A stretch of 64,000 nt of DNA from Sminthopsis crassicaudata (taxonomy: Eukaryota): NCBI RefSeq assembly GCF_048593235.1, contig NC_133617.1, positions 12,653,607-12,717,606 of the forward strand. The letters are read 5' to 3'. Numbering within the stretch: position 1 is the first letter of the stretch; the number at the start of each line of letters is the position of its first letter. A model generated the notes under the pieces. It was not told the origin of the DNA. It saw only the letters and a program-made list of their open reading frames with translations, and searched no databases. The translations under genes were made by a program, and so were the position numbers. Positions 1 through 13,045 of this stretch are shown in pieces.

Positions 1-2526
1 TTGAGCTAGAAAAAATTCAAAACAAGATTTTAAACCCATATCACTCATTAACTCCCTATGATATGACATGAAATTTCCCCCAAAAATAAAGTCCTGGAAG
101 AAGAAATGAAAGCCATGAGAGAATATAATAAGAAATACTTGAGGGCCATTCCTGCTCCCATGCCAGATCTTCCTTGGAGCTACAATTTCAAAACACTTGC
201 AGTGAGCTGAAGGAAAGGATGAGCATGGTACCCTAAAACAGATTCAATAACAAAATCCATTCTTGTATATGCCTGTGCAACAGTCTAACAGCGGGATAAG
301 ATAATAAGCTGTCCTAAAACCATTTCTACCTGAACTTAATCAAATATGAAAATGACAAGAACAAAACAATAATAATTACTGATGTTTTACAGTTTTAAAA
401 AGTGCATTTACATCCATTATCTCATTGGATTGCTACAACAAACTGATGAAGTAAGTGTTCTAATTTTCCCCACTTCAAAGATGAGGAAACAGAAGCTCAA
501 AAAGAATCCAGTTTAGCTAATACATAGCTGAGGTAGAATTCGATCCAAGGGTTTTATCCAGTGCTGTCTACAAAATACAAAAGTGAAATACTCCCGGCCT
601 TCAAGACGCTAACTTTCTACTGGGGAATACAAAAGAGAGAATGTGCCATGGAAAGGGGTACAGGAGTGAAGTTCTCCAAATATGCCTATTTGCAGTTGAT
701 ATTCCAGTCAATAAGCATTTATTAAGCACTTATTATATGCCAGACAATTGCATCAAGACCCAGAACATTACAGGACTTCTTCAATGAGATCCATGATTAA
801 CTAAAGCCTAGCAATCACGACTACAAAAAATGCCCTGAATGAAAGATGCCAACTGCCCATGTTGTGACATGCTCTTAGATGGTCCGTCCACTCAGTTAAT
901 GGAGTCCTCTCCCTAATACGATATCAGGGAAGTCAATGTAGTAAATTGGACCTAGAATTAAGCTGGAAGAAGACTAAGGAGTGAACTGGATTTGGGAAGT
1001 TGCTTGGTGCTTTTCATTATCTCAAGCTGCTCCCCAGTATGAAACCTCATCTTTTAGTAAAAAGATGGCATATAGTTATAAATCTTGAAATGCCACAATC
1101 TCCAAAGAATCCAATGTAAGGGCTACATACAGGGCAAGGAGCAACCCAGCACGAGGACCAGGCTGCGGTATCCTGACAGTGATGGTGTACAAGAAACAAA
1201 GGAATCAGGGATATCACTGGGGAAATGTACGACCTCAAAAGGAAATGAGTCACACACATTCTAAGAACTGAAGCTAACACTTGGATACCTCTGTATCAGC
1301 ACGGGGACCAGGGAAATGCCCAAAGCGCATGGACTTAAGGTGAATCAAGGAGTCACACAGGAGGAGAAGGCATGGATGGATTGCAATCCTCACCTCTAGA
1401 GGGACAACTCACTTTGACAAGATGACAGATCTGACAGGGGAAGGAGATGACTCCTAAGAGTTCAGGACAGACTAAAATTAGTGGCCTCCCAAAGATAAGC
1501 CATCTTATCACTGTTATTCAACAACAGGCCTTGCAATTCTGCTGGGCCAGTGAAGGGAAATGGACCTGCTTAGCACAGAATGAGCTTATGAGACAAATCT
1601 TCACATTCTCTCCTAAATATGCTAAAATGCATCAATAAAAGCAAGAATGATTTTGACTTGGAAAAAATAAAAACTGCATAAAGTTAAAAGAGCAAAGTCA
1701 CAAGAGCAGAAATAGACTTGGAATATTAAAATTGGGAGAAACCTTAAGACCACAAAGCACTAAAGCACTGAAGGGACCTTAAAGATATAACAATGAAGGA
1801 GAGGATTTCTGGCATTCAGATGGTTCTTTAAGATCTGCAAAGCACTTTGTATATGTCATCTCATTTATAACATAAAAACCCTGGGAGACAGGTACTATTA
1901 CATCCCATTTTACAGGTGATTTGACCAGAGTTACAGAGCTAAGCAGTGTCTGAGGTAGAATTTGAACTAAAATCTTCCTAATTCCTAATCTAGGTCTCTG
2001 TCCAAACACATGCCAGCAGCCCTTAGTGGGGAAAAAAAGAGCTCTGAAGTCTAAGGCCTTGTGGTTTGATGTTTTCTTCTTATGTGATCTTAGACTGGTC
2101 ATTTAACTTCAAAGGATTATAAATGGAAGAGCTGAAAGGAGACCTCCCACTTTTCCCAGGTCAGTAAGGGAAGAAAAAGCTGGGCACTAAATCCAGGCCT
2201 CCGCCACAAGATCCACAATACTCTCCATCACCTGGCACGGCTTCTACTGTGTTCCTCAGAGATGGGATGAGGAAGGCCTTCCCAGTGCCAATTAGATTGG
2301 ATCCTCTGATCCTTCCCTCCCCTTTCCCCTTAATATGCCTCATTTAATATGTCAGGAAACAGATATAGAGAGTGGCTAGTTATTTAGCCAAGATCACATG
2401 CAGAATTAGTGGCATTTGGAGGGCACAAATCCTAGTCTTTTGATTCCTAGTCTGTTCTCTTTCTTTCACACCCTTAGTAACCAAAACATGGTACAAAGGA
2501 TGTACAACAAATGATAATCTGACCCC

Positions 2527-2528
<2 letters not shown>

Positions 2529-2586
<58 letters not shown>
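2529..2586. repeat. (AC)n microsatellite, ~29 units
   Basis: Uninterrupted AC run read directly. Confidence 0.98.
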
Positions 2587-2588
<2 letters not shown>

Positions 2589-2989
2589 CTCCTGTGGTCC
2601 AACCTGACAAGATCTGACACTGTCACAAGAAGCTAGGGGGTTATTTCCGGTAACATTCCTGACCTGATTTGACACTAACCAAAAGCAAGAATCACAGAAG
2701 AGGCTGTCTCTTGTCAGGAAGGAACCATCAGCTCAGTTCTGGGAAAATGCTGTGCTAAGCATGCAAAGACTGAGAAGGGGTTGGCAGGAAAATTTTCCCT
2801 TCATTTTTTCCTATCATTCTGATTTCTTTCTGTGAGACAAATCCCCTTCTAACAACACCCCCCTCTCAAAAATGCACCGCAATTCAAAAAAGCACATGCC
2901 GCGATGGCCCCAGGCCATTGGCAATCTGGAAACCCATGCTCTCCCCACATAGAGGCCCAGGTGGTCATGCAATGATGAAAACGGCAGCA

Positions 2990-3350
2990 AGATAACATGG
3001 GCTTAGAGCTGAGCAGAGGCCTCCCTCTGTAAGAAAACTGGGCAAAGCCACTAACCCTTCTTAAATTTATTCAGGCAGCTCGAGTTGCAGAAGGAGCGAA
3101 CGGATCCTGTCTCCCAGCAGCCCCTACCCTTCATCCCCACAGCCAGATGGCTCGCTGGGGCTTAGCTCTACATTGCTCCTGGTCTTAGGTCCTAGTCAGC
3201 AGTCGGCTCTGGGATGCTGCATCGGCACACAGACAGCTCCACATTGCACGTTACTAATCCCTGCCACATGCAGAGATCGGCGCAGCATCCATCCGGCGAC
3301 CTGATTACCAGCATGCACCCGTGCGCACTTCAAGCCTAAGTCAAGCCTTA
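2990..3350. promoter_or_regulatory. Candidate enhancer: CpG-retaining cluster of K50-homeodomain and bHLH motifs
   Basis: CTAAGCC (minus strand) at 3000-3006 and 3159-3165, CTAATCC at 3254-3260, TAATCAG (minus) at 3301-3307, CAGATG E-box at ~3144; about 13 CpGs in 3080-3330 in an otherwise CpG-poor window. Confidence 0.45.
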
Positions 3351-4687
3351 ACTCCATCAGTGCCATACAGAGGGATTTCCTCATCATGTAGCAAGAGGAA
3401 ATACTCAGGGTTATTTTTAGGTTCTAAGGAGGATTTTCCAAGAAGTTTCCAAAGGACTAGCACTTCTCTGGGGAAGGGGAAAGTACACACATATATATAC
3501 ATCTTATTTGTGTCTATACATAGACATATATACACTTAAATGTTTGACAGCAGATAATAAAGTAGGCAATGGATGCTGAGTACTGAATGTCTTTTTAAGA
3601 CTCAGAAATAAAACCAACCATGGAGAGGACATTCCTAAGGCATGTGGGAGGGAGGGATAATAGGAAGGAAAGACGTGAGGGAGAGGGGGGAACCCCAGTG
3701 AATTTTAAGGGAAAAGCCCTTGGCATGATTTTTTCCCAAACTGCTTTTGGCTTTGATTTATAAAAAAAAAGCCAAGATGTGAATGGTCCTTTTCTGTTTC
3801 CAGAATTGAGTGAGACTATGGGATGAGGAGCTTCCTATTCAAGGTAGGAAAAGAATAATGATGCTCAAAACCCAGCTCTCACACCTGTGGGGGGGCCCCT
3901 GCAAGCACCTGTGTAGCAACCCTGAAGATGCTGACAGGGCAGCAAGGCAAAAGGCAAAAACCAGAGCTCCAGCTGCTGTAGGAGGGAAGTCACTCCCCAA
4001 GATCCAAGGGGGAGCAAAAGGGACTATGGAGGTCACATAGTCCAGCTCAGTCATTTTGAAGAGAGGTTCCCAGGGGGCCAGAGGTTTTCCTCAATCACCC
4101 AGCACACTTGTGGCAGAACCAGATCTTTGGAGCATCAGAGCAAAGTTCTTCACATCAACACTCACCTTTCTGGGAAGCCCAGATTGAAAAATTTATGGAC
4201 AAGAGAAACTGGCAACACTATTTTATCAGAAAGGTGACCCCTAAATGGATTTTTGATAAAACCTTTCCAAATTTTGGGAAGCATGCAGAATTCACCTTAA
4301 TGCAACATATATTTCTTAAGTACATACCATGGGCCAAGTATTGTGCTAGCCCTACAGAATACACATGAGAAAGTCAATGCAAAGAAATCTCAAGAAGGGA
4401 AAGCTAATAAGGAGGAACAGGGGAGGCCTTACTAAAAATATAACAACCGAGATACCTGCTGACGGGAGCTTTGACTTGGAAGCAAATAAGGGGGCCTTCC
4501 TAAAATGGGGGGACACTTGGTGCAAAAGGACTGAGATGGGGAAAAAACGAGTGCTGGAGCAGTTTGCCCCCTTTTCTGACTCTGACAGGGAGCTGTAAGC
4601 ATGGCACATAGGTTTCTGAGTGTCTGTTTCCTCATCTGTATTATGAAAATAACAACATGTGAAGAAAACTCTTTAAACAATAAAGTG

Positions 4688-4740
4688 GGGGCAGCTAAGC
4701 TAAGTGGGTAGAGTTACAGTGGATAGAGCACCAGCCTAAT
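4688..4740 (+). mobile_element. Truncated WSINE1-like SINE head
   Basis: ggggcagcta...cagtggatagagcaccagcc matches the tRNA-derived SINE 5' end; body absent. Confidence 0.6.
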
Positions 4741-5990
4741 ACTATTTGGAGAAGAACTTCCTATATGGAAAAACTGTTGGGAAAATTAGAAAGCATTTTG
4801 GCCAAAACTTATCTAAGTTATATCTTATATTGTATATCATCATACATTTTAAATGGATGCCCTCCTTCAATGTAAAAAAAATCACATCATTAAAAAGAGA
4901 GGTAAACAAAAAGAAGCATCTTCCATAATTATTTCTAGGAAGAGAATTCATAATTCAGTAAGGTAGAAAGGAGATCGCAAGAGATAAAACATCTAATTAA
5001 CACCTAACAGCAAAGTTTGTGCACAAATTCATTACAGCACGAATGAGAAGTGAAACTTCAATTGAGAAAGAAATGATCAAAAATCTATCATGATGTATTC
5101 TGATTGAAGTGGATATCTTCAACATAGACAAGATCTAATTCAGTTCCAGTTGATCAATGATGGACAGAATCAGCTACACTGGGAAAACTGGGAATTGAGT
5201 GTAAACTATTTGCACTATTGTCTTTCTACCCAGGTTACTTTTACCTTCTGAATCCAGTTCATATCGTGCAATAAGAAATTTGGTTTTATACACATATATT
5301 GTATCTAGGATATACTGTGACACATTTACCACGTATGGGATTGCCTGTCATCTAGGGAAGGGGGTAGAGGGAGAGAGGGGAAAATTCAGAAAAGAAGGGA
5401 GTACAAGGGATGATGTTGTAAAAAAAATTACCCATGCATATGTATTGTCAAAAAATTATAATTATAAAATTAATTTAAAAATCTATCATGAGGCGCTAAT
5501 ACTTAAAATATATAGGAGATTAACCCAAGTCTATAAAGCCAAGAGTCATGTTAAGATTAGTAAGTAGTTAAGGGAAAAAACAGTTCTCAAAAGAATTACA
5601 AATGATTAATAATATATGGTATGATAAGACTGCTCCAAATCATCAATAAAAGTAAAGTTCAAATTAAAACAGCTGTAAGGCTCCACTTCATACTTAGCAA
5701 ATTGGTAAATAGAACTAAAGCATTGAAATAGTCAGTGTTAGAAGGGTTGTGGAAAGAAAATATGAATCTAGTTTGGTAGAAATGCCAACCGGTATAAACA
5801 TTCAAGGAAATAATTTGGAATTGTTTTAAAAGTGTCTAAGAGGTCTTTATACGTTTTGATCCAAAGATCCCCATGCTTGAGGAAGATAAAGACAAAAAAA
5901 AGTTCTTATATATGCAAAAAATGTTTGGACTTTTGTGGTGGGAAGCAACTGGAAACAAAATAGATACTTGATGAGACAGAGTAGCCCAGT
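4741..5990 (+). mobile_element. Old L1 ORF2 C-terminal/3' fragment, interrupted by a younger L1
   Basis: Degenerate similarity to the L1 ORF2 3' region seen elsewhere in the window. Confidence 0.65.
5094..5476 (+). mobile_element. 5'-truncated L1 3'UTR insertion with 15-bp TSD
   Basis: TSD aaaaatctatcatga at 5079-5093 and 5477-5491; 3'UTR similar to the copies at 8351 and 25790. Confidence 0.9.
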
Positions 5991-8350
5991 GGAAAGACCA
6001 CTGTATGGGCCTGAGGGAGTGCGGCTCAAGCAGTGCTTTCACTTAACTACCTGGGATGCTTGGAACAAATGCCTTTCCTTCTGCATTTCCTTTGTATAGT
6101 GGGGGATGGACTCAAAGGACTCCAGCTCTGACGTCTGACTCTGTGAGCCGGGAGAGATCCTCCAGAATCCTCTGAGCAGTCATTTCCTCATTCCTCCCTG
6201 ACTAGAGGACTTCTTCTGGGATTTCCCTACCTCTTTTTAGCTTCTTTTTATCTATTGTCTCCCCCATTAAACTGGGTGTTCCTTGAAGACAGGGTTGACG
6301 TTTGCCTTTCCTTTGTGTGACCAACATGTTTAACACACTGCCTGGCATACAGTTAGCTCTTAATAAGTACATATATATGGACTGACTATGATTGGGGGAT
6401 AATTAAATGGAAACAATATACTTACAGATATGAAGAACTGAGAAAAATATGAGAAGACTAACATGAACTGATGTAAATACACTCAGAAAATCCATGTAAG
6501 CAATATGACTCTAGAACAATGCAAATATAAAAGTCCTGGATAATTCTAACAACCAAGGATAGTCCTAGACAGAAGCTGAGAAAATGTTGAAGCAGGGAAG
6601 GGTCTATGAGTGAGGAACACTGCATCCACTGCTGATGGGTTGGTTAGTTCCAGGGCACTGCATTTTATTCTTTTTTAAGCTTTTAAAACAGGAAGGTTTT
6701 CTGGATGGTGGTGGGAAGGATAAGCTAAAAGAATTAATGATATAAAAACAAAAGCCATTAATAAAATTTTGTTAAAAATAGAAAAATGTTTCTATAAATA
6801 TGGGAGATGGTTTATTTTCACCAGGGAGTCTAGCTCTGAGCCCAACTCAGTTCTGTGATTTGCTGCAGGGAACTAAAGAGCGGTCACTACCCAGAGTCAT
6901 GGCTGGGTATTCCCCTCAATCTCTGCCCCCTCCCAATGACACTAGGCCTCATCAGCTTCTGCTGCAGTAGCCCAATATGCCCATTTATCAGAGGAAAAAA
7001 ATGAGACCGAGGGGGTGGGGGGGCAGCCTGCCCAAAGATCTAGCTGAATTGGTACAGAGGGCTTCTGATTCCTAGCCCCATTGTTCTTTCTACTATAACA
7101 ACAGTCCCTTTCTAACTTCCTAAAAAACCTAAGAACCAAATCCACATTCTCCCTCCAACTAGAATGGAACTAGAATTGTTGTGTATCTGGACATACATAT
7201 ATAGAATATATTTTCTATATGTGTTACCTCCCTGCTGCTTAGAACCTATCTTTATTCATCTTTTTATCTCCCTCCTGACCTACCTAGTACAGAAATTGCC
7301 CAAAGTGAAGACTCAGGAAGTGCTAAATGGAATCAAACCTAAGGTTTTAGGTTGAGAGCACTCGCTTGTCCGGCTCCCAGCCTAAGCCCTGTAGCCATTA
7401 TGAGAAGGAGAAGTCATGGTGGAGAAGGGACCCATCTCCTTCACCATCACCAACAGCAGCTGCTGGGCACTGCACTAGCAGGCATGTAGATGGGAAGTCC
7501 TGGAAGTGGGAGCACTCCCTAAACTACCAGCCCTACCCACCACCTGTCACCAAAGCAAGAAAGCCAACATAGAGAAAGGAGCTATATACCTTGAAAAGGT
7601 TGTAGGAAGGAGCATGTGCCAAGTAAATTAACCCTCCCATCACCATCTTGTTTCCCAGGCCCCCTCAGACTCCCAACCCTGAACCCAAGATCATTGGAAA
7701 TAGTAGCAGCTCCCAAACCCCCAGACCCACTTCTGGCCTAACTCTTATAGCCACCCTGTGGGGAAGTAATTACTCTGAAGAAGGGGCCAGGCATCCCTAT
7801 CAACTGCCACTAACGGCCATTCACAGAGCAGACAAGCCAACTGAAACAGAAGGGCCTCTTGAAGGAGCAACAGGAGAAGAAAAGTTCCAGGCAGGTCGAC
7901 CCCACCCCTTACTACCTTGACCACTCTCTCCTCAGACTCTGGATGTTTCATGGGCACCACCAGAACTGCTTCCCGAACAGGCCTGAAGGCATCAGAGGGG
8001 AAAGGTCATTGTGGAGAAAGGGCCTTCCTTCCTCACCACTGCCAGCAACAATGGCTGATCAACCGCCGCCAGCAGGAAGGTAGACAAGGAACTCCTGGAA
8101 ACAGCAGCTCCTTCCAGTTCTGCTTCTAGTCCAGCCCTCCCAACTATTATCAAGGGAGACAACCTGTACTGGCATGGGACAAGACATTCCCACCAACTGC
8201 CAGTACCAGGCAGGTGAGCCAGACAGGAGGGAACAAGTGCTAGTCAGGTCAAATCACCCCCACCTTGATTCCCATCGCACTCCCTTAAGACTCTGATGGA
8301 CTGAACGCTCAGGACATTGAACTCCAGAGCCTTTGAAATTGCCATGCCTC

Positions 8351-8938
8351 TTTTAGAAAGGCTTGGAGAGACTTGCATGAACTGATGCTGAGTGAAATGA
8401 GCAGAACCAGAAGATCATTATACACTTCAACAATGATACTGTATGAGGATGTATTCTGATGGAAGTGGAAATCTTCAACATAAAGAAGATCCAACTCACT
8501 TCCAGCTGATCAATGATGGACAGAAATAACTACACCCAGAGAAGGAACACTGGGAAGTGATTGTAAATTGTTAGCACTACTGTCTATCTACCCAGGTTAC
8601 GTATACCTTCGGAATCTAATACTTAATGTGCAACAAGAAAATGGGATTTACACACATAGATTGTATCTAGGTTATACTGTAACACATGTAACATGTATGG
8701 GATTGCCTGTCATCTAGGGGAGGGAGTAGAGGGAGGGAGGGGAAAGTCTGGAAAAATGAATACAAGGGATAATGTTATAAAAAAATTACTCATGCATATA
8801 TACTGTCCAAAAATGTGTAATTATAAAATTAATAAAAATAAAGTTTGAAGCAATCATAAAAAAATAAAAATAATTAATTGCATGTCATAGGTACAGTTTT
8901 TTAATAAAACAAAAATCCTTAAAAAAAAAAGAAAGAAA
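8351..8938 (+). mobile_element. 5'-truncated L1 with 16-bp TSD and probable 3' transduction
   Basis: TSD gaaattgccatgcctc at 8335-8350 and 8939-8954; target TTT/GAAA; extra sequence 8843-8920 precedes the final poly(A). Confidence 0.9.
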
Positions 8939-10369
8939 GAAATTGCCATGCCTCCAGCCTGGTCTCCTCAGCCACCATCCTGGGACAGAGGGGTGCAGGT
9001 GGATGGAGCCTGGACCTGCTCCTTCAAGTGCTGCAGCCATAGCTACTGAAGACCCAGGAGAGAAGATTTGGGTTGTTTGTTTTTTTGCTGTTGGGTTGTG
9101 AGGTTTTTTTTCTTTTGGATAAGTCCTTGGCCCTGTCAAATGGTTCAACACAGAAAATAATGTGATTTTATCAGTGGAAGAATATAGAGGAGGCCTGCTC
9201 ATCTGCTTTGTGGCTGTTGCCCCTAAGTACCATGGGATCTCTCTGACTTGTAACTGAAGCTTCCCATAAGGATAAACTTCTCTCTCCCATCCATCCCCAT
9301 TAAAATAAGAGCTTCTTGAGAGCCTGCATTTTCTTACTTGTAGCCCTAGCACTCAGCAAAGTGCTTTACGCATCGTAATTGCTTAATAAATGCTTTTTAA
9401 TTCATTTATTTGTTTATTCATTCATTCATGGCAGAAACTTCAGCAAAGAACCTGGTAGAATTAATATATTTCAATTAAAATGTGCCAGAAGGTGTAAGTA
9501 CACAAATTAATTAAATAATTTAGTCTGGGTATTTTCAAAGCATCTGGAACATCTTCCTAAATGATCCAAGGTTATGGACAAAAGCCACATCATTTTTCTA
9601 GGGTGTCTGAATAAAATATTGTTTGGATTTTATCTTGGGGAATTCTACTGCTGTGTATAAATCTCAGGAAGATCAAGAACACAGGAAAAGGTCCCATATT
9701 TTCCAAAATATCCACAGCAACATTTTGTGAAGCAAAAATCCTAGAAATTAAGTGGGTGTTCAGCTACTAGGAAATAAACAACTGAACAAAGAATCCTGGA
9801 GTGGAACCAATGAAATAATTCTGTTATAAAACCAATCCAATAGATGAGGAAAATGGATCAACTTGGGAAGAAATGCATGAATGATCCAATGTGCCTGGCC
9901 TTCCTTGTTAGGAAGACAACAGGACATTACACTTCCTGAATGAAGCGTTTGCAGCACTGGGCCCTGCTGGCCATGCTGACCTCGGAGTCCTCTCCATTCT
10001 GCTTTGACATGGTCTTCCTTCTGCCTGTGGAACCATTCCTTTTCCATCTGCTTTGCAGAATCACCATTCATGCATGGAAGGACTCAGGGCTCTGCCCTAA
10101 CCCCCTCCTCTATACTTCCTGTTTGATCGCCAGGAGTCACAGTCTCATCTGTCTTCTGATTTCCAGGTCGGAATCTTCCATATTCTTGACAAATACGACA
10201 TGTCCAAACCAGAGTGCTTTTCTCCTCGCCCACATTTCTGTTGAGGATACATACATTCTTCTGGCACCCAGGCTTGTGATCAAGGCACCCCCCAATGAAT
10301 GGAAAAAGTTTGTCTAAACTTCCACCTCCTAAAATATTTGTCATATACATATATGTGTGTGTGTGTGTG

Positions 10370-11040
10370 TGTGATATAGATCATATATTTTTACCGTTAC
10401 ATGTCAAAAATGTTTTCACATTTATTTAAAATTCTTTTGAGTTCCAAATTTCCCCCTTCTCCTCTTAGAGAAGGCAAGCAATATTATATCAATTATCACA
10501 CATACACACATGAAAAATAAAAGTTATAAAAAATAACTTCAAACTGCCCTCAAGCGTTCGTTCATCAGTGCCCTAGGAAGGTGGACAGCATTTTTCATCG
10601 TGAGTCCTTTAGAACTGTCTTGATCAAAGTAGCGAAGTCAATCACACTTGATCATTGCTACACTGATTCCTATTATTATGTATAATGTTCTCCTGATTCT
10701 GCTCACTTCACTCAGCATCAGTTCCTATAAGCCTTCCCAGGTTTTTCTAAAATGACCCTGCTTATCATTTCTTCTAGCACAATAGTATTCCATCACAATC
10801 ATAGACTCCTCCTTGTTCAGCCATTCCCCGGTTGACGGGCATCTCCTTGAACTCCAATTCTTTGCTATGTATATTTTTTTGTACATGCAGGTGCTTTTCT
10901 TTGATCTCTCTGGGGGAGACACCCAGTAGCGGTATTGCGGGGCCTAAGAGTATACACAATTTTAGATCCCCTGCCCACAATTTCAAATTGTTCTCCAAAA
11001 TGGGTGAACTAGTTCATAATTTTACCAACAGTGCATTAGG
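10370..11040 (-). mobile_element. Older L1 3' end (ORF2 C-terminus plus 3'UTR)
   Basis: Minus-strand translations WSSRRCPSTGEWLNK and MEYYCARRND are L1 ORF2 C-terminal motifs. Confidence 0.85.
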
Positions 11041-12839
11041 GTTATGTGAACCCTCAAAAATATTTTGATTAAACAATTTAAAAAGTAGTCCAAGCACAGT
11101 TTCCTTTGCAATCCTACAATTACTTTTATGTATCTGGTTTTACATAAGCTTCTGAGAGGGGGCCGGAGTTTTCCCCAGATTGCCAATGGGGCACAGGTCA
11201 CCCAGAAAGGTAATGGAGCTCAGCTCTGGTCAAACACCTTGCAAGTTGGTAGGCGTGTAATAAACATTTGCTTTGACTAAGTGACCATTGAGAAGAGCAC
11301 TAAGAAGCATCACAACAGAACAGAGTAGTGCCGAATGAGCCAGAGAACTAAGAATGAGGCAGACTGCCACGCTTGTGAAGGATAGGAGGGAGCCATGTGA
11401 AAGAGAGTGGGTGGTCCTGCGTATGAGCAATGTCACAGATCACTCTGCTTACCTCCTCTTTTTTGGATAAGAAAAGGTTCCACTCTGGCTGCAGATTTTA
11501 GACAAGAGGGGTACGTGTAAAAAAACCAAGAACAGCAATGTAGGTTTTTTGGTAGTACCAGGCCACCCAGGCCACGTTGGGCTCAACTATCCAGAGGGCT
11601 GCCATGCAAGGGGGTGCCTAAGAGGAACCAGGGAGTGATGGGCAAAGCCTCAGCCCCGGTTCTGACTCCTCAATAGCCGGGTGACCTCGGAAAGCCAGTT
11701 CATATCACCTCTAAGTCTTGGCTGCCTGATTTATGAAATGGAAATAATGAAATCTGGACTAGCTACTGTAATGTCATAACTATTGAAAATTTGTTTCAAT
11801 TTGGCAAACCTAAGCTTTGTGTCAGGCACTGAGGAATCAAGGATGAGAAAGAAGTCTTGTTCCCGATGTCCTTAAAAGACACTTTGGAGGAAAGCTGCTC
11901 GGAACTGTTCAAACACCTGTGACACGGAGGTGTTCTACTTCTGAGCCATTGCTCCAGCTGAAGGCAAAGGTGCAGAGGGCAGATCTGTGCTTGCTGCCTG
12001 GTGAGGAGGGCAGGCTCTGAGGTCCTCAGAGGTGCCCCTGCTCAGGGCTGAGGTTGGCAGAGACCTGTGCACCCGGCAGGGCCCTGGGCAAGACGAGTCA
12101 TCCCCGTCCTTCTGAGCATCAGAGCTCAATGGTCTGAGGAGGGGCTCTGTGGCGGAGAGAGCTCAGCTGAGAAAGAAGCTGCGGCCTTTTCCTGCAAAAT
12201 TCAATGTCAAAGCATGGATTCTCCTCCCAGAGACACTTTGGAGGGCAGGAGGCCCTGCGTGACTTGTGCTCTGATGGAAGAAAAGAACTTCAGACATCCT
12301 CTGCTGGGGTGGCTAGAGAACTGGGGAAACAAGAACGAACACGTGTCGCCACCTAAGCTGGTGTGGCCTGAAGCTGGCTATCACATAAGCCAGAGAAAAG
12401 TGTTGGCAACAGAACTGGAAATGGGAATGGGGAGCACAGATGGCATCAGGGCACCACACCATCCTGTGTCTTGGGAAATGGACCTGAAGGCTAGTGGATG
12501 TGGTTTTAGGGGCTCCCGAGAAACTGGGGAGAATGGGAGGGATGCAGGAGGGACTAGAGGCGGGCAAGGATTGTGACTTAGAAATGGAAGATCAGAATTT
12601 GAAAACCATTGGCCAGTAAGACCAACCTCAAGCCTTGACAAAACTCTAACACATTAAAATGAATATCCAGGGGCTCCACAGGAAAGGGAACAACAGGGAA
12701 CAGGGACTGCAGAGGTGGGGCTCTGGGCCTGTCCAAAGGCTCCTGGGCCTAGAAATCAGAACTAAGATGGGTGGAAACCCCTTATGTTATAGGAGCTTTG
12801 GGAGGGCTTGTTCAGTCTTTGGGGGCTGCCATAGTGCAC

Positions 12840-13045
12840 AAAGTGCAGAGGTGTAGTTATAGAAGGACTCGTCTTACTGAGTTCAAATCCTGCCTCAGAC
12901 ACCTGATGCATCCATCTAGGCAAGTCCCTTCATCCTGTGTGCCTCAGTTTCCTTATATGTAAAATGAGCTAGAAAAGGAAACTAAGCAGGATCTGTGCCA
13001 AGAAAACCCCCAATGGGGTTACAGTGAATCACATGTGACAAACTC
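12840..13045 (+). mobile_element. CORE-SINE (MIR/Mar1-like)
   Basis: gagttcaaatcctgcctcagacac...cctcagtttccttatatgtaaaatgagct core. Confidence 0.75.

Noticed and set aside
1131-1172. 42-nt minus-strand exon-like segment (IPQPGPRAGLLLAL in one frame)
   Set aside because: Weak donor (CCT|gtatgt) and no recognisable protein; unsupported without transcript data
3243-3266. CATTGCACG resembling the miR-25/92 seed
   Set aside because: No complementary arm forming a pre-miRNA hairpin
3804-3843. 40-nt plus-strand exon-like segment with good splice signals
   Set aside because: Stops in all three frames, antisense to the inferred gene, and no partner exons found
4365-4598. 77-aa plus-strand ORF (MRKSMQRNLKK...)
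   Set aside because: No recognisable family, no supporting splice structure, and its length is expected by chance
11877-12244. 14-bp direct repeat agacactttggagg (11877-11890 and 12231-12244)
   Set aside because: Roughly 0.1 such pairs are expected by chance per 64 kb; no donor or element features for the enclosed 340 bp
12067-12576. 169-aa ORF, the longest in the window
   Set aside because: Non-ATG start, no domain recognised, and overlapping ORFs on both strands typical of GC-rich non-coding DNA
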